Part shown: positions 9,454 to 19,579 of the stretch, piece by piece | Layout of the letters: the number at the start of each line of letters is the position of its first letter | Numbering within the stretch: position 1 is the stretch's first letter | NCBI GenBank assembly: GCA_963764625.1 | Contig: CAVXTH010000002.1 | Span: 34,554-98,553, forward strand | Origin: Candidatus Krumholzibacteriota bacterium | GTDB taxonomy: Bacteria; Krumholzibacteriota; Krumholzibacteriia; JAJRXK01 | Length of the DNA: 64,000 nt | Reading direction: 5' to 3' | The notes under the pieces: generated by a model | Told to the model about the DNA's origin: nothing | What the model saw: the letters and a program-made list of their open reading frames with translations, nothing else | Database searches by the model: none | Translations under genes and position numbers: made by a program

Positions 9454-11094
9454 TTGATCATGAAGACCCCAAAGCGGCTGAGACAACTCTGCGGCTGCCC
9501 CCCCTTGTGCCTCCTGACGCTGCTGGCCGGCCTGGCCCTGCTCGGCCTCGGCTGCAGCAAGAGCGGCCCCACCGATCCCGGCAACACCGACCCGATCGAT
9601 CCCGCCCAGGTCAACGCCTTCGTCAATGACCTCCCCGACTGGGAGGTCCCGTCGACGGTAGAGGATCCCCCCGTCGATTTGCCCGACGAGCAGGACCTCG
9701 AAGACAACCAGTACTACCGCTGCCATCTCGTGCAGTACGACATGAAGCGGAACTTCGACAGCATCGTCGCGGTGGGCGCCAACGCGACCGCGCTCAAACC
9801 CGGCATGATGGTGCAGGGCAACGGAGTGAAGGACGGCTCGCTGTCGACCATCGGCCTGAAGCGCTCGCCGCTGCTATTGTCAGTGAACCTTGCCCTCGAT
9901 ACCCCGTCGCGGCGGGTGGACGTGCCCACCAGCTCGTCGATCCAGGACGCGATCGCGTCGCTGCAGCGCGAGGCGGACACGCGACTAGGCTCGCTTCCGG
10001 TCGTGCCGGCAATGATCAACTTCAAAGTCCAACAGGCCTACTCGTTCAGCCAGGCGATGCTATCGGCAGGGATCAGCCTCAACTATGACGCAGTCTTCGC
10101 GAACGGCTCGGTCAGCTCGACCTTCAACCAGAATAGCTCGGTAAAGTCCCAATCGGTCGTCGTGAAACTGCTGCAGCCGATGTACACGATCTCGTTCGCC
10201 GACGACGAGATGGCCGAGCCAGGAAACTTCTTTGCCGAGGATGTCACCCAGGCCGACTTCGACCGCCAGCGTCAGCTCGGCACGATGGGCCCCGGCAACT
10301 TGCCGTGCTACGTGCAGTCGGTCACCTACGGCCGCATGCTCGTCTACACCATGACCTCGACGGAAGCGACCAGCGCCCAGGAGCTCCAGCTCGCCGTGCA
10401 GGCATCGTACGGCGCCTGGGAGGGCTCAGGCCACGTCGACAGCCAGCAGCAGCAACTCGTGAACAACTCGACCATCCAGGTCCAGGTGTTCGGTGGCACG
10501 CAGGAGGATCAGCTCGACGCGATCAAAACGGCGCTGCACACCGGTGACTTCAGCGCCTTTCTGACGCCGGTGCCAGCAACCACGGCGGTGCCTCTTTCCT
10601 ATCGCATCAACGACTTGAAGAACCGGCAGCCGGCGGTGATCGGCGACGCGACGAAGTTCTCGATTAAAGAGTGCGAAGCCGTCAATGACATGATGTTCAC
10701 CGTATCGCTGGACAGCATCACTGTCGTCGACGGCTGCACGGACCAGACTCTCTTCGACATCGAGAGCTACGTCGACGTCACGGACAACGGCGAGTACTGG
10801 CTGATGCACCGGAGCGGTCCTGCCTTCACGCGCGAGGATCTGTTGAACGCGTACCACCAGGCCATCTTTACGGTGACGGCGAGTGCCAACACGACGATCA
10901 CCTTCACGACGAACTTCAACGGCGCCGGCGGTACGCACGACTACCACTGGTGGTCGAAGGTAACGACCTTCCAGTATCCATTCGACTTCCCATCAAATCC
11001 CCTGCACTTCAGCCATCTCGACACGACGACGAACGATCTGTACGACGGCTGTACGATGGAGATGCACTACACAATCCAGTGGGAATTGCAGTGA
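9454..11094 (+). CDS. Thiol-activated cytolysin (CDC-like) family lipoprotein
   Basis: Lipobox LLGLGC; PGMMVQG, YVQSVTYGRM, VFGG, VPLSY motifs; no ECTGLAWEWWR undecapeptide. Confidence 0.8.
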   Translation: MIMKTPKRLRQLCGCPPLCLLTLLAGLALLGLGCSKSGPTDPGNTDPIDPAQVNAFVNDLPDWEVPSTVEDPPVDLPDEQDLEDNQYYRCHLVQYDMKRNFDSIVAVGANATALKPGMMVQGNGVKDGSLSTIGLKRSPLLLSVNLALDTPSRRVDVPTSSSIQDAIASLQREADTRLGSLPVVPAMINFKVQQAYSFSQAMLSAGISLNYDAVFANGSVSSTFNQNSSVKSQSVVVKLLQPMYTISFADDEMAEPGNFFAEDVTQADFDRQRQLGTMGPGNLPCYVQSVTYGRMLVYTMTSTEATSAQELQLAVQASYGAWEGSGHVDSQQQQLVNNSTIQVQVFGGTQEDQLDAIKTALHTGDFSAFLTPVPATTAVPLSYRINDLKNRQPAVIGDATKFSIKECEAVNDMMFTVSLDSITVVDGCTDQTLFDIESYVDVTDNGEYWLMHRSGPAFTREDLLNAYHQAIFTVTASANTTITFTTNFNGAGGTHDYHWWSKVTTFQYPFDFPSNPLHFSHLDTTTNDLYDGCTMEMHYTIQWELQ

Positions 11095-11236
11095 CCGGAT
11101 CTTGGACGATCGGCGGGCCCGACGGGTCCGGGACGGTCCGCCGCGCGGACGGGGGCGGCCAAGCGTCGCCCCCGCTGCGTAGCCGACCCAATGAAAATAC
11201 TCTAGTATTCCATCTACCCCCTCTGGAAGGTGGACG

Positions 11237-11800
11237 ATGGATCCCGATCGCGCCGAGATCACCTCCCTGCTGTTGGAGCTGTCCGGCAACAACCGCGGGA
11301 CCGTTGACGCCCTCATGCCGCTCGTCTACGACTCTCTCCACGGCATCGCCCGCCGCCAGCTCAGCTTAGAGCGTCGCGACCACACACTGGCGCCAACCGC
11401 ACTGGTCCACGAGGCCTACCTGAAGCTCATCGACCAGGACCGCGTCCGCTGGCAAAACCGGGCCCATTTCTACGCGATCGCCGCGCGCGCCATGCGCCGC
11501 ATCCTCGTCAACCACGCCCGCGACCGCCTCGCGCAGAAGCGCGGCGGTGGCCTGGTCACGGTGACTTTCGACGAGGAGTTGGCCCCCGCCGTTACGGGCC
11601 CCGAGGAGATGCTGGCGCTCGAGGACGCCCTGATTCGCCTGCAGGAGCGCGACCCACGCCGCGCCCAGGTGGTCGAGTGCCGCTTCTTCGGCGGCCTGAC
11701 GCACGAGGAGATCGCAGAGGCACTCGGTGTGTCCGTGCCCACGGTGCAGCGCGACTGGCGCTTCGCCCGAGCCTGGCTCGCTAAGGAGCTGGCCTCGTGA
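11237..11800 (+). CDS. ECF sigma factor, kinase-associated (TIGR02999-like)
   Basis: HTLAPTALVHEAYLKL, HFYAIAARAMRRILVNHAR..KRGG, TVQRDWRFARAWL. Confidence 0.92.
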   Translation: MDPDRAEITSLLLELSGNNRGTVDALMPLVYDSLHGIARRQLSLERRDHTLAPTALVHEAYLKLIDQDRVRWQNRAHFYAIAARAMRRILVNHARDRLAQKRGGGLVTVTFDEELAPAVTGPEEMLALEDALIRLQERDPRRAQVVECRFFGGLTHEEIAEALGVSVPTVQRDWRFARAWLAKELAS

Positions 11801-14800
11801 GCGACTCGCACTGGGATCGTCTCGAGGCGCTGTTCGAAGCCGCCTGTGCTCTACCACCGGGGGAGAGAGACGCATTCCTGGAACGCGAATGTGGCGATGA
11901 CCTCGGCCTGCGCGACGAAGTGCAGTCGCTGCTCGACGCCGACCGGTCGAGTAACCACCTACTGGACGGCAGCGCGCTGGACCTCGCTCCTCCGCTCGCG
12001 GCTCCGCTGACCCCTGGCCGCCAGATCGGTCCCTACCGCGTGACCGCCGAGCTCGGCGAGGGCGGTATGGGAGCGGTATACCTGGCCGAGCGCTGCGACG
12101 GACAGTTCGAGCAGCGCGTGGCGCTGAAGGTCGTCCGTTTCGGCCTGGCGTCTCCCACGCTGGTGCGCCGGTTCGGGGAGGAGCGGCAGATCCTCGCACG
12201 CCTGGAGCATCCCGGCATCGCGCGGCTGCTCGACGGCGGTGTCACCGACGGCGGCCTGCCCTGGTTCAGCATGGAGTACGTCGAGGGCGAGCCGATCGAC
12301 CGCTGGTGCGACCGCCGTGGCCTCGGCGTCCGCACGCGCCTCGAGCTTTTCGCCGCGGTCTGCGACGCTGTCCAATACGCGCAGAACAACCTGGTGGTTC
12401 ACCGCGACCTCAAGCCCAGCAATATCCTGGTGACCGGCGACGGCGCCGTAAAGCTGCTGGATTTCGGCATCGCGAAGCTGGTCGCGACCAACTCCGAGGT
12501 CGATGATCGCGCCCTGCGCACCCTCACGGCTGCTCCGTTGATGACCGCCAGCTACGCGGCGCCCGAGCAGCTGCTCGGTGGGCGCATCACCACCGCCACC
12601 GACGTCTATGCGCTAGGGATGGTGCTCTACGAGCTGCTGGCCGGTGGTCGTGCCTACGAGGTGGCCGGCCTCACCCCGACCCAGCTCGAGCGTACGGTTT
12701 GCGTTGATACCCCGGCGCGGCCAAGCTCCACGGTCCGCGATTCGCGCCGGCGCCGGCACGTGGCCGGCGACCTCGACAACATCTGCCTCAAGGCGCTGGC
12801 CAAGGAACCCGAGCGCCGCTACGCAACCGCCGGCCAGCTCGGCGAGGACATCCGCCTGCACCTGTCCGGCCTGCCGGTACGCGCGCGACCGGCGACCTTC
12901 GGTTATCTCGCTCGCAAGGCGATACGGCGCTACCGTCCCCAGCTTACCGTTGCCGCCGCCGCGCTCGCCGTGTTGATCGTCCTGGGCGCCTGGTTCACGC
13001 ACCGCATCGCGCACGAGCGCGACCTGGCGCGACGCGAGGCCGCGCGCACGACTCAGGTCGCGAAGTTTCTGTCCTCGCTGTTCCGGGTGTCAGACCCCGA
13101 GGAGGCGCGCGGGGAAGACATCAGCGCACGCGAACTGCTCCAGCGTGGCGCCGCCCGGGTAGGCACCGAGCTGGCGGGGCAGCCGGACTTGCAGGCCACG
13201 ATGGACGGCGTCCTGGGCAACGTTTACCTGAATCTGGGCCTGCACGAGGAGTCCGACAGCTTGCTCACCCGCGCCGTGGCGTTGAATCAGAAGCTGAACG
13301 TGCGTGACGGACCGGAGTACGCCGAGCAGCTCGCGAACTTGGGCCAACTCCGCGTGGAGCAAGGACGGTATGCGGACGCCGACTCCGTGCTGACGGCGGC
13401 TCTGACCATCCAGCGGCGTGATCGCCGGCTCGAGGACACGCGCATCGCCGCGACGATGGTCTCGCTCGGGCACGTCATGGACTTGACGGGGGATTACGCG
13501 CGCGCGGAGACGCTCTACCGCGAGGCCATCGCCGTCTGCAAGGCGTCGCCGAAGCCCGACGAGCTCCGGCTCTCGACCGCCATGGGCGCGTTGGCGCTGG
13601 AACTCTTGGATCGCGACCAGCTGGACGAATCCGAGAATCTGTTCCGCGAGACTCTGGCGCTGCAGCGTCGCACTCTCGGCGAAGACCACCCCGAGGTCGC
13701 CACCACCCTGTTCAACCTCGGGTTGTTGCTGAGTAACCGCGGCGACTTCGCCGGTGCGGAGAAAATCCAGCGTGAGACCATGGCGCTGGACCGTAAGCTC
13801 TACGGCGAGGAACATCCCAACGTCGCCTATGATCTGAACAATCTCGCGTTCCTCGAGCGGCAGAAAGGCAATTTCGCGGAGGCCGAATCGGTGGCGCGCC
13901 AGGCCTTGGCGATGCGGCGCAAGCTTCTAGGTGACGACCATCCTCAAACGATCGAGACCGAGGCAAACCTCGCGCAGATCCTCCAGTCTCGAGGCGAGTA
14001 CGCCGCGGCTACCCAGCTGGCCCACAAAGTGCTGGACGCGAAGACCCGCATCTATGGCAGCGACAGTCCGGCTCTGTGCGCCGCCATGAACCAATTCGGC
14101 TGGTTCCTCTACGACCTGGGACGGTTCGCTGAGGCAGACTCACTCCACCGTCGTTCACTCGCGCTCGGCATCGAGAAGCTGGGAGCAGACCACAAGTCCG
14201 TCGCGATCAGCCGCCTGCAGCTCGCGCGCGACCTCGTTGCCGAGCACCAGCTGGCTGCGGCCGATAGCGTTCTGCAACCGGGCCTGGCGGCGGCCCGCCG
14301 TCTTTACGGAGACAGCAACATCTTTACCGCCGCCTTCCACATGGAGGAGGGAAGGATTCGTCTCGAGCAGGGACGCCTTAGCGCCGCGCTGACCGAAACC
14401 CGCACCGCGATGGCAGTCGCGGACAGCAGGGAGAAGGGCAGCCCTCGCCGCGCGGGGGCTCTGCTGCTGACGGCGGAAATCCAGCACGAGCAGGGGCACG
14501 CCGCCTCCGCCGATAGCCTCTACCGCGAAGCGACGCGGATCCGCGAACTCACCGTTCCCGCCAGCCATCCGGAGGCGGCGTGGATCAGGCTACGCCACGG
14601 AGCACTGCAGCTCGAGCAAGGCAAGGTCGCGACGGCTCGCACCCTGATCGTACCGGCAGCGGAGGCGCTGGCGAAGGCGCTGCCGCCCGATCACTGGCGG
14701 GTCGCTTACGCCCGGACCCTGGCGGCCGCCTGCCACCTGGACACGCGCGAACCCGGGGCCCGAGCGGAACTCGTCTCGGGGCGTGCGCGGGTCGCGGCGG

Positions 14801-14853
14801 ACCTGGGAGCTGACAATCGCCTGGTGAAGGCGCTTGCCCGGATTTCCGATTAG
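11797..14853 (+). CDS. Membrane Ser/Thr protein kinase with TPR repeats
   Basis: GEGGMGAVY, VALK, HRDLKPSN, DFG, APE; TM; LGEDHP-type TPRs; 4-nt overlap with the ECF gene. Confidence 0.95.
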   Translation: MSDSHWDRLEALFEAACALPPGERDAFLERECGDDLGLRDEVQSLLDADRSSNHLLDGSALDLAPPLAAPLTPGRQIGPYRVTAELGEGGMGAVYLAERCDGQFEQRVALKVVRFGLASPTLVRRFGEERQILARLEHPGIARLLDGGVTDGGLPWFSMEYVEGEPIDRWCDRRGLGVRTRLELFAAVCDAVQYAQNNLVVHRDLKPSNILVTGDGAVKLLDFGIAKLVATNSEVDDRALRTLTAAPLMTASYAAPEQLLGGRITTATDVYALGMVLYELLAGGRAYEVAGLTPTQLERTVCVDTPARPSSTVRDSRRRRHVAGDLDNICLKALAKEPERRYATAGQLGEDIRLHLSGLPVRARPATFGYLARKAIRRYRPQLTVAAAALAVLIVLGAWFTHRIAHERDLARREAARTTQVAKFLSSLFRVSDPEEARGEDISARELLQRGAARVGTELAGQPDLQATMDGVLGNVYLNLGLHEESDSLLTRAVALNQKLNVRDGPEYAEQLANLGQLRVEQGRYADADSVLTAALTIQRRDRRLEDTRIAATMVSLGHVMDLTGDYARAETLYREAIAVCKASPKPDELRLSTAMGALALELLDRDQLDESENLFRETLALQRRTLGEDHPEVATTLFNLGLLLSNRGDFAGAEKIQRETMALDRKLYGEEHPNVAYDLNNLAFLERQKGNFAEAESVARQALAMRRKLLGDDHPQTIETEANLAQILQSRGEYAAATQLAHKVLDAKTRIYGSDSPALCAAMNQFGWFLYDLGRFAEADSLHRRSLALGIEKLGADHKSVAISRLQLARDLVAEHQLAAADSVLQPGLAAARRLYGDSNIFTAAFHMEEGRIRLEQGRLSAALTETRTAMAVADSREKGSPRRAGALLLTAEIQHEQGHAASADSLYREATRIRELTVPASHPEAAWIRLRHGALQLEQGKVATARTLIVPAAEALAKALPPDHWRVAYARTLAAACHLDTREPGARAELVSGRARVAADLGADNRLVKALARISD

Positions 14854-14868
14854 AGAGAGTCGCCCCCC

Positions 14869-15525
14869 TCAACTCTTTTTCGCTACAACATGAAAAATCT
14901 GCCAGTGCTTTGGTTTTCGCAGCTCCGGCGGGTCATCTTTCTCTTCTTCGTTCAACAACTCGATGTCGAAGCCTTTCAATAGCTCAAAAAGCTCTTCCTG
15001 AGAGTGGTGAGTCCGACCGGGGAGCGACGCCCATGTGTCGCGGTCCCCGAAGAACTGACCAGCGAACCGTCCCCCTGGACGGATCGCCGTTACGATCCGG
15101 CCCCAAAGTGATGGAAAGTGCGCCTGCCTGCAGAACGGCAAGGCAAAGCTCGCATTCACCAGGTCGCAGTCGGGAACCTGCATCTCCGCGAAGTCCACCT
15201 CCACTGTAGTCAGCCGCGGCTTCAGCTCCGTACGCACGCGGGGCAGCAGGAGCCTGAACGAATCCGGGTGGCCATCCGTCGCCACCACCCGCCAGCCACG
15301 TTCGAGCAGCTCCAGCGTGTCCCGTCCCTCGCCCGCAGCAATGTCGATTGCGAGCCCCTCGGTGAGGCCCTCCCGTGCGAACAAGTCCAGCGCCTCAATC
15401 AGCGTCTCGCGCGCCCCTTTTCCCAGGACCGACCCGAAGTACCCCGGCCAGTCTTCTGCCTCAGAATAGTCCTGCGACTTCATGGACGGAAAACCCAGGT
15501 CGTTCGAGCGTTTTGGCTCTAGCAT
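14869..15525 (-). CDS. Class I SAM methyltransferase (TehB-like), copy 1
   Basis: IDIAAGEGRD, IRPGGRFAGQFFG, KHWQIFHVVA. Confidence 0.85.
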   Translation of the reverse strand: MLEPKRSNDLGFPSMKSQDYSEAEDWPGYFGSVLGKGARETLIEALDLFAREGLTEGLAIDIAAGEGRDTLELLERGWRVVATDGHPDSFRLLLPRVRTELKPRLTTVEVDFAEMQVPDCDLVNASFALPFCRQAHFPSLWGRIVTAIRPGGRFAGQFFGDRDTWASLPGRTHHSQEELFELLKGFDIELLNEEEKDDPPELRKPKHWQIFHVVAKKS

Positions 15526-15573
15526 CCATCCCCTCCAATACGCAGTGGATACCCCGCGATGCCTACCGACGCT

Positions 15574-15671
15574 CTCTAAGGTTGGCTTCAGCTGCAAGCG
15601 TGGCTGGCGCCAACCTGGCGCATGCCAGGTGCGTGCTAGGCGGCTTTGTCGGGTGCAAACTCCTGTTAGCT
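15574..15671 (-). repeat. attC (core AAC mutated to AAG)
   Basis: ctctaaggttggcttcagctg...cgggtgcaa..GTTagct. Confidence 0.7.
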
Positions 15672-16262
15672 GGCAACACCACTAACCACAACATCCGCCC
15701 TTTCGTCAGGCTTATGCGCCTCTACGTACCGATCTTCACTTGGCATCCAGTTTTGTTCCCATGTCTCCCGATAAGCTTCTCCATCGCGTGCGATTCCTCG
15801 GCTCAACCGCAAGTGACGTGGGCAGTCGACCCAAATACGTAGATCGTACAGCGCTGCCAACTCGCGGCGGCTAGAAGATACACCTTCAACAATGACTATG
15901 GCCCCAGGAGAGACTTCCAGAGTCTCCGCCAAAACGTCCTCCGTCCAGTCATACCTAGCAAAGCGGGCAACGTCCCCCCGACGAAGGGGGGCGAGAACTT
16001 GATCGCGGAGACGTTTCCAATCGAAATTGCCACCAATTGGTTTCTCGACAACCGCTCCTTTTGGTTGAAGCGATGAAGGCAGGTAAAAATCGTCGAAGTG
16101 GACGATCTCTGCACGCCGACCGGTCGCTTCCAACTCCGAAGCACAGGCAGCCGCAAACGTAGATTTGCCAGCGCCACCTTTCCCGTCGACGGCAAGTAGT
16201 ACCGTCGAGCAACCGGTGTCCATGGCTACAATCCGCTGAACAACTTCAGACGCTTGGTTCAT
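15666..16262 (-). CDS. Uridine kinase-like P-loop protein
   Basis: DGKGGAGKST, HFDDFY, IVEG, RGIARDG. Confidence 0.85.
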   Translation of the reverse strand: MNQASEVVQRIVAMDTGCSTVLLAVDGKGGAGKSTFAAACASELEATGRRAEIVHFDDFYLPSSLQPKGAVVEKPIGGNFDWKRLRDQVLAPLRRGDVARFARYDWTEDVLAETLEVSPGAIVIVEGVSSSRRELAALYDLRIWVDCPRHLRLSRGIARDGEAYRETWEQNWMPSEDRYVEAHKPDERADVVVSGVAS

Positions 16263-16275
16263 CGATCCCCTGCCC

Positions 16276-16381
16276 AGCTAACGCGTTCGCTCAGCTGCGA
16301 GGCCCCTTGGCGGGTCAGGTGCTGAGCCACAATCCTTCGATGCCCCTAGTCTGCACCCGAAGCACCTGGCATGACAAGGGG
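16276..16381 (-). repeat. Half attC fused to the antitoxin gene
   Basis: agctAAC...gaagcacctggcatgacaaggg, same family as 19445 and 55479, second arm missing. Confidence 0.65.
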
Positions 16382-16683
16382 CCGGCTGGAAGATTGGTGA
16401 CGCCGCAGACTTCTTGGAGCTGACCACCGAGGAAGTCGCATTCATCGAAAGGAAGCTGGCGTTGAGTAGAAGCCTGCGGCAGGAACGCGAGAAACAGGGA
16501 ATTACCCAGGTCGCGTTGGCAAAACTCATCAGTTCAAGTCAGTCATGTGTGGCAAAGATGGAAGCTGGAGACTCAAGTGTGACGATCGACCTGCTGATGC
16601 GAGCCCTACTGGCTCTCGGATTGACGAAGAAAGACCTGTCAAAGATTGTCGCGAGGGCAGACCATATCGCGACCGCTGTCTAA
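16381..16683 (+). pseudogene. 5'-truncated XRE/HigA-type antitoxin, antisense to the array
   Basis: AGWKIGDAADFLELTTEE...GITQVALAKLISSSQSCVAKMEAGD; no start codon region or toxin upstream. Confidence 0.75.
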
Positions 16684-16781
16684 CGTCGGGGATCAGCTGC
16701 AGGCGAAAGTGGCGCGCGCTTTGCGTATGCAAAGGGCGTGAGAACCGCTCCTGGCGGTTCGGCGGTCAGCGGCAATTAGTC
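16678..16781 (-). repeat. attC (degenerate)
   Basis: gtctAAC..gatcagctg...cggcggtcagc..attagtc. Confidence 0.55.
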
Positions 16782-17291
16782 GTGCCACTCGGCGGGCGGT
16801 CTTCCAAGCCAGACCCAAGCGATGTAGTCCACGAATGGAGGCTCGCCTCCTACCTCTCGGAGCCGGCGATTGATCTGCCCACGATGGTACGTGCAGTGCG
16901 AGACCACCTGATAGAGCGTCTCACCCAGCGTGGTCGGCGCCGGCGATCGGCCGAGTCGCTCCCCTATTCGGCTCGCCCACGGCAGGTCCAGCCGTGAATT
17001 CAGGTCGTTGTCCCTGAGTTCGCGGATGAACGCGGCTGCGGAACGGTAATAGGCTTGAGCCCACCCATGGAGCCCTTCATACGTAGTGAGTTGCTCTGCC
17101 GCCGACATATCCAGCGGTTCGTGGCGCCACACCATCATAAAAGCGCGCTGAGCCGAATGGAGATGCAAGAGCGTATCGAAGAGCGCCGGGTCGCGCGCAC
17201 CGGATTGCGCCGCCCGGATTTCTTTCCAGACGAGCGAGTCGGCCCATTCCATGTGCTCGTACAGGTCTTTTAGCAACGTCAATGTCATCAC
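16776..17291 (-). CDS. DinB family protein
   Basis: HMEWAD, TLLHL, HCTYHRGQI. Confidence 0.88.
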   Translation of the reverse strand: MMTLTLLKDLYEHMEWADSLVWKEIRAAQSGARDPALFDTLLHLHSAQRAFMMVWRHEPLDMSAAEQLTTYEGLHGWAQAYYRSAAAFIRELRDNDLNSRLDLPWASRIGERLGRSPAPTTLGETLYQVVSHCTYHRGQINRRLREVGGEPPFVDYIAWVWLGRPPAEWHD

Positions 17292-17616
17292 AATTCAACT
17301 CGACCCAAGAAGGCTACGGTTTGATACACACCAGCCGACGCATTCGAGTCGGCCTCAGCGACACCTAACTTGAATTATGCGGTGCACGTCCTCACGAACA
17401 CGCCCGCTAGTTCCAGAACTCTCACCACTTCTTGTTTCGCCGTCGTTCCTCTTCCGCTTCTTCATCTGTCTCGATCTCCGCACCGGCTCGCCCCCGATCC
17501 ATCCTGAGCATACAACAATCACGCCAAATTTGCCCGACATCCCCGGTTCGATCCAGCGAGATATTGGGGAGAGCGACCGGTGCCATTATGAACAGCTGGC
17601 ACGATCGACGAGTGGT

Positions 17617-18129
17617 TCATTCGGCCTGTGGAAGCGACCGGACGTATGATGCCCAGTTCTCCGGTAACCTTTCTTGGCCGGTAATCTCCAGGAAGCGTTC
17701 GACCGTCACAGACACTTCTCGAAAGCGGGCAGAGGCGACCAGCTCGCCGTTTTCGCCCCTCGCCTCTGCGTAAACGATCATGGAGTTTCCGGTTTCGGGT
17801 CGTTCAACCACCTCTCCACTTAGCATGAGTTTCTCGGAGGTCTTGCCAGGATGATGATAGGTTGTCTCCGCAGATTGAAGGAGCCAGATCCTTTCGGCCT
17901 GCCCTGCAGCTGTCATGGCCACCCAAGTCGAAAGGCAATCCAGGACAGTGAAGATTGCCCCACCATGAACTACTCCTGGAAATCCCGCCATTTCTTCGGT
18001 CGGCTTGAATGATCCGAGTAGCCTGGTTGGCACATCTTTATCTTTGAATACCTCAATCCTAAGACCCTTAGGATTCTCGTGCCCACATCCAAAGCAAGTA
18101 TTTCCTTGGAGCAGCTCTAGGTTCAGCAA
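17617..18129 (-). CDS. PaaI/hotdog thioesterase
   Basis: CFGCGHENPKGL, GVVHGGAIFTVLD. Confidence 0.85.
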   Translation of the reverse strand: MLNLELLQGNTCFGCGHENPKGLRIEVFKDKDVPTRLLGSFKPTEEMAGFPGVVHGGAIFTVLDCLSTWVAMTAAGQAERIWLLQSAETTYHHPGKTSEKLMLSGEVVERPETGNSMIVYAEARGENGELVASARFREVSVTVERFLEITGQERLPENWASYVRSLPQAE

Positions 18130-18222
18130 TCCAGATGTTATCCCTGTCTCACTTTCTCCTCAGATGGGTGATCGTTGGCCAACGAGGGGTGCGGTAAACC
18201 AACACCCATTCTTACGCGCTCT

Positions 18223-18312
18223 CCCTAACGTTCCCGCGCTCAGCCGTGGGCATGGCATGATTTCCAAACAGCTAGCAGCCGGCGGCCTGTCGGCTGCAGC
18301 GGCATGTTAGGC
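18223..18312 (-). repeat. attC
   Basis: ccctAAC..cgctcagccg...cggctgcagcg..GTTaggc. Confidence 0.85.
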
Positions 18313-18337
18313 GGCTCGTTCCCTCTTAGGGCCTTAC

Positions 18338-18952
18338 TCATTCACGTAGCTCGGTCTCCCGATGTGAACGGGCTAGACTCCCGAAGTAAAGGCAATAGAG
18401 TTCATGGCTCTTACCCAAATAGAGCCTCTGCCGCTCGTGCATTGGCAACCCCCTAAGCTCACGAGTATCTATGAACGGTGGCAGGACGATAGCCACGTCC
18501 GGAGTCAATCCCAAAGCCCTCTCAAGTAACACGTCCGAAGGGGGCTGCGTATTCGATCGACGGAACCGATAGACATGGCTGGGACCGCTCGCAGCCCAAT
18601 CCGGATCGAGAAAAGCCGCATCAAGCTCTGGGCATGCATCCAGTGTGCCCTCGTCCAGCACGTCCCCCAAGACAAATGTAACCTGACTTATCAACCCAGC
18701 TTTCTCAACGTTTTGACGGGCCTGCGCCTGATACATCGGATTGATCTCAATCGTCACCACCTGAGCCGCCTCTCGTGCGAGCGCAATAGTCGTGAAACCG
18801 GCACCTGTACACGTCTCAAGCATCCGCCGACCCGTGAAGCGCACAGCCATGTGCTTCGCGAATCGACGGTCAATCCCCATTGTGTAAGCCTGGGTGTTCG
18901 CGACGTAGTCACCTCCAAACTTCGCACGGACTCTTTCAGGGTCCACAATCAT
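18338..18952 (-). CDS. SAM methyltransferase, TGS1/RNA-cap N2-methyltransferase-like
   Basis: ETCTGAGFTTIALA, VVTIEI, FLDPDW, LYFGSL. Confidence 0.65.
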   Translation of the reverse strand: MIVDPERVRAKFGGDYVANTQAYTMGIDRRFAKHMAVRFTGRRMLETCTGAGFTTIALAREAAQVVTIEINPMYQAQARQNVEKAGLISQVTFVLGDVLDEGTLDACPELDAAFLDPDWAASGPSHVYRFRRSNTQPPSDVLLERALGLTPDVAIVLPPFIDTRELRGLPMHERQRLYLGKSHELYCLYFGSLARSHRETELRE

Positions 18953-19025
18953 CCCATCACCTCGGCCAGCATTCATTGCCGCCTAACTTGAATTGAGCTG
19001 CTCGAGTTTATTGTAGGATCTCCCA

Positions 19026-19430
19026 TCAATCCGAACCTACCCGCGACGTAGGATCTCTGCAATCCCCCGCATGACCTTGTGCCACGGCGAGATCGAGCGC
19101 TGTTTTCCCATGGAAACCGTACGCGCCTGTTCCCCGGATTTCTTTGTCAGCCCCCGAGGCCACCAGAACTCGCACGATTTCTTCATGACCGCCAATGACG
19201 GCTAACATGAGGGCGCTCAGGTGATACTTCGCCGTGTGATTTAGGTCGGCATCATGTTCTATCAGAAAGCGAACGACATCGGTGTGGCCTCTGTGTGAGG
19301 CGATCATGAGCACGGTCTGGCCATGCCGGTCGCGCGCGTCAATGTCAGCACCCTTAAGAAGAAGATCCTGCAAAGCACCAACATCAGAGGCTTCAGTAGC
19401 AGTTTCCCAAGGGTTGTCCAAGTTACTCAT
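19026..19430 (-). CDS. Ankyrin repeat protein
   Basis: GADIDARDRHGQTVLMIA, SALMLAV, GKTALDLA. Confidence 0.88.
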   Translation of the reverse strand: MSNLDNPWETATEASDVGALQDLLLKGADIDARDRHGQTVLMIASHRGHTDVVRFLIEHDADLNHTAKYHLSALMLAVIGGHEEIVRVLVASGADKEIRGTGAYGFHGKTALDLAVAQGHAGDCRDPTSRVGSD

Positions 19431-19444
19431 TCTCGGAGAAGTCA

Positions 19445-19579
19445 GCCTAATGTGTACGCTCAGCAGCGAGGCCCCATTGGCGGGGCAGCTCCTAAGCCTG
19501 AATCCTTCGATAGCTCTAGTCTGCCCCCAAAGCACCTGGCGTGACAAGGGGTCTTGGCTGCTGGAGCGGAGGGCTAGAC
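19445..19579 (-). repeat. attC (long family, cores mutated)
   Basis: gcctaat..cgctcagcagc...gctgctggagcg..gctagac. Confidence 0.7.
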
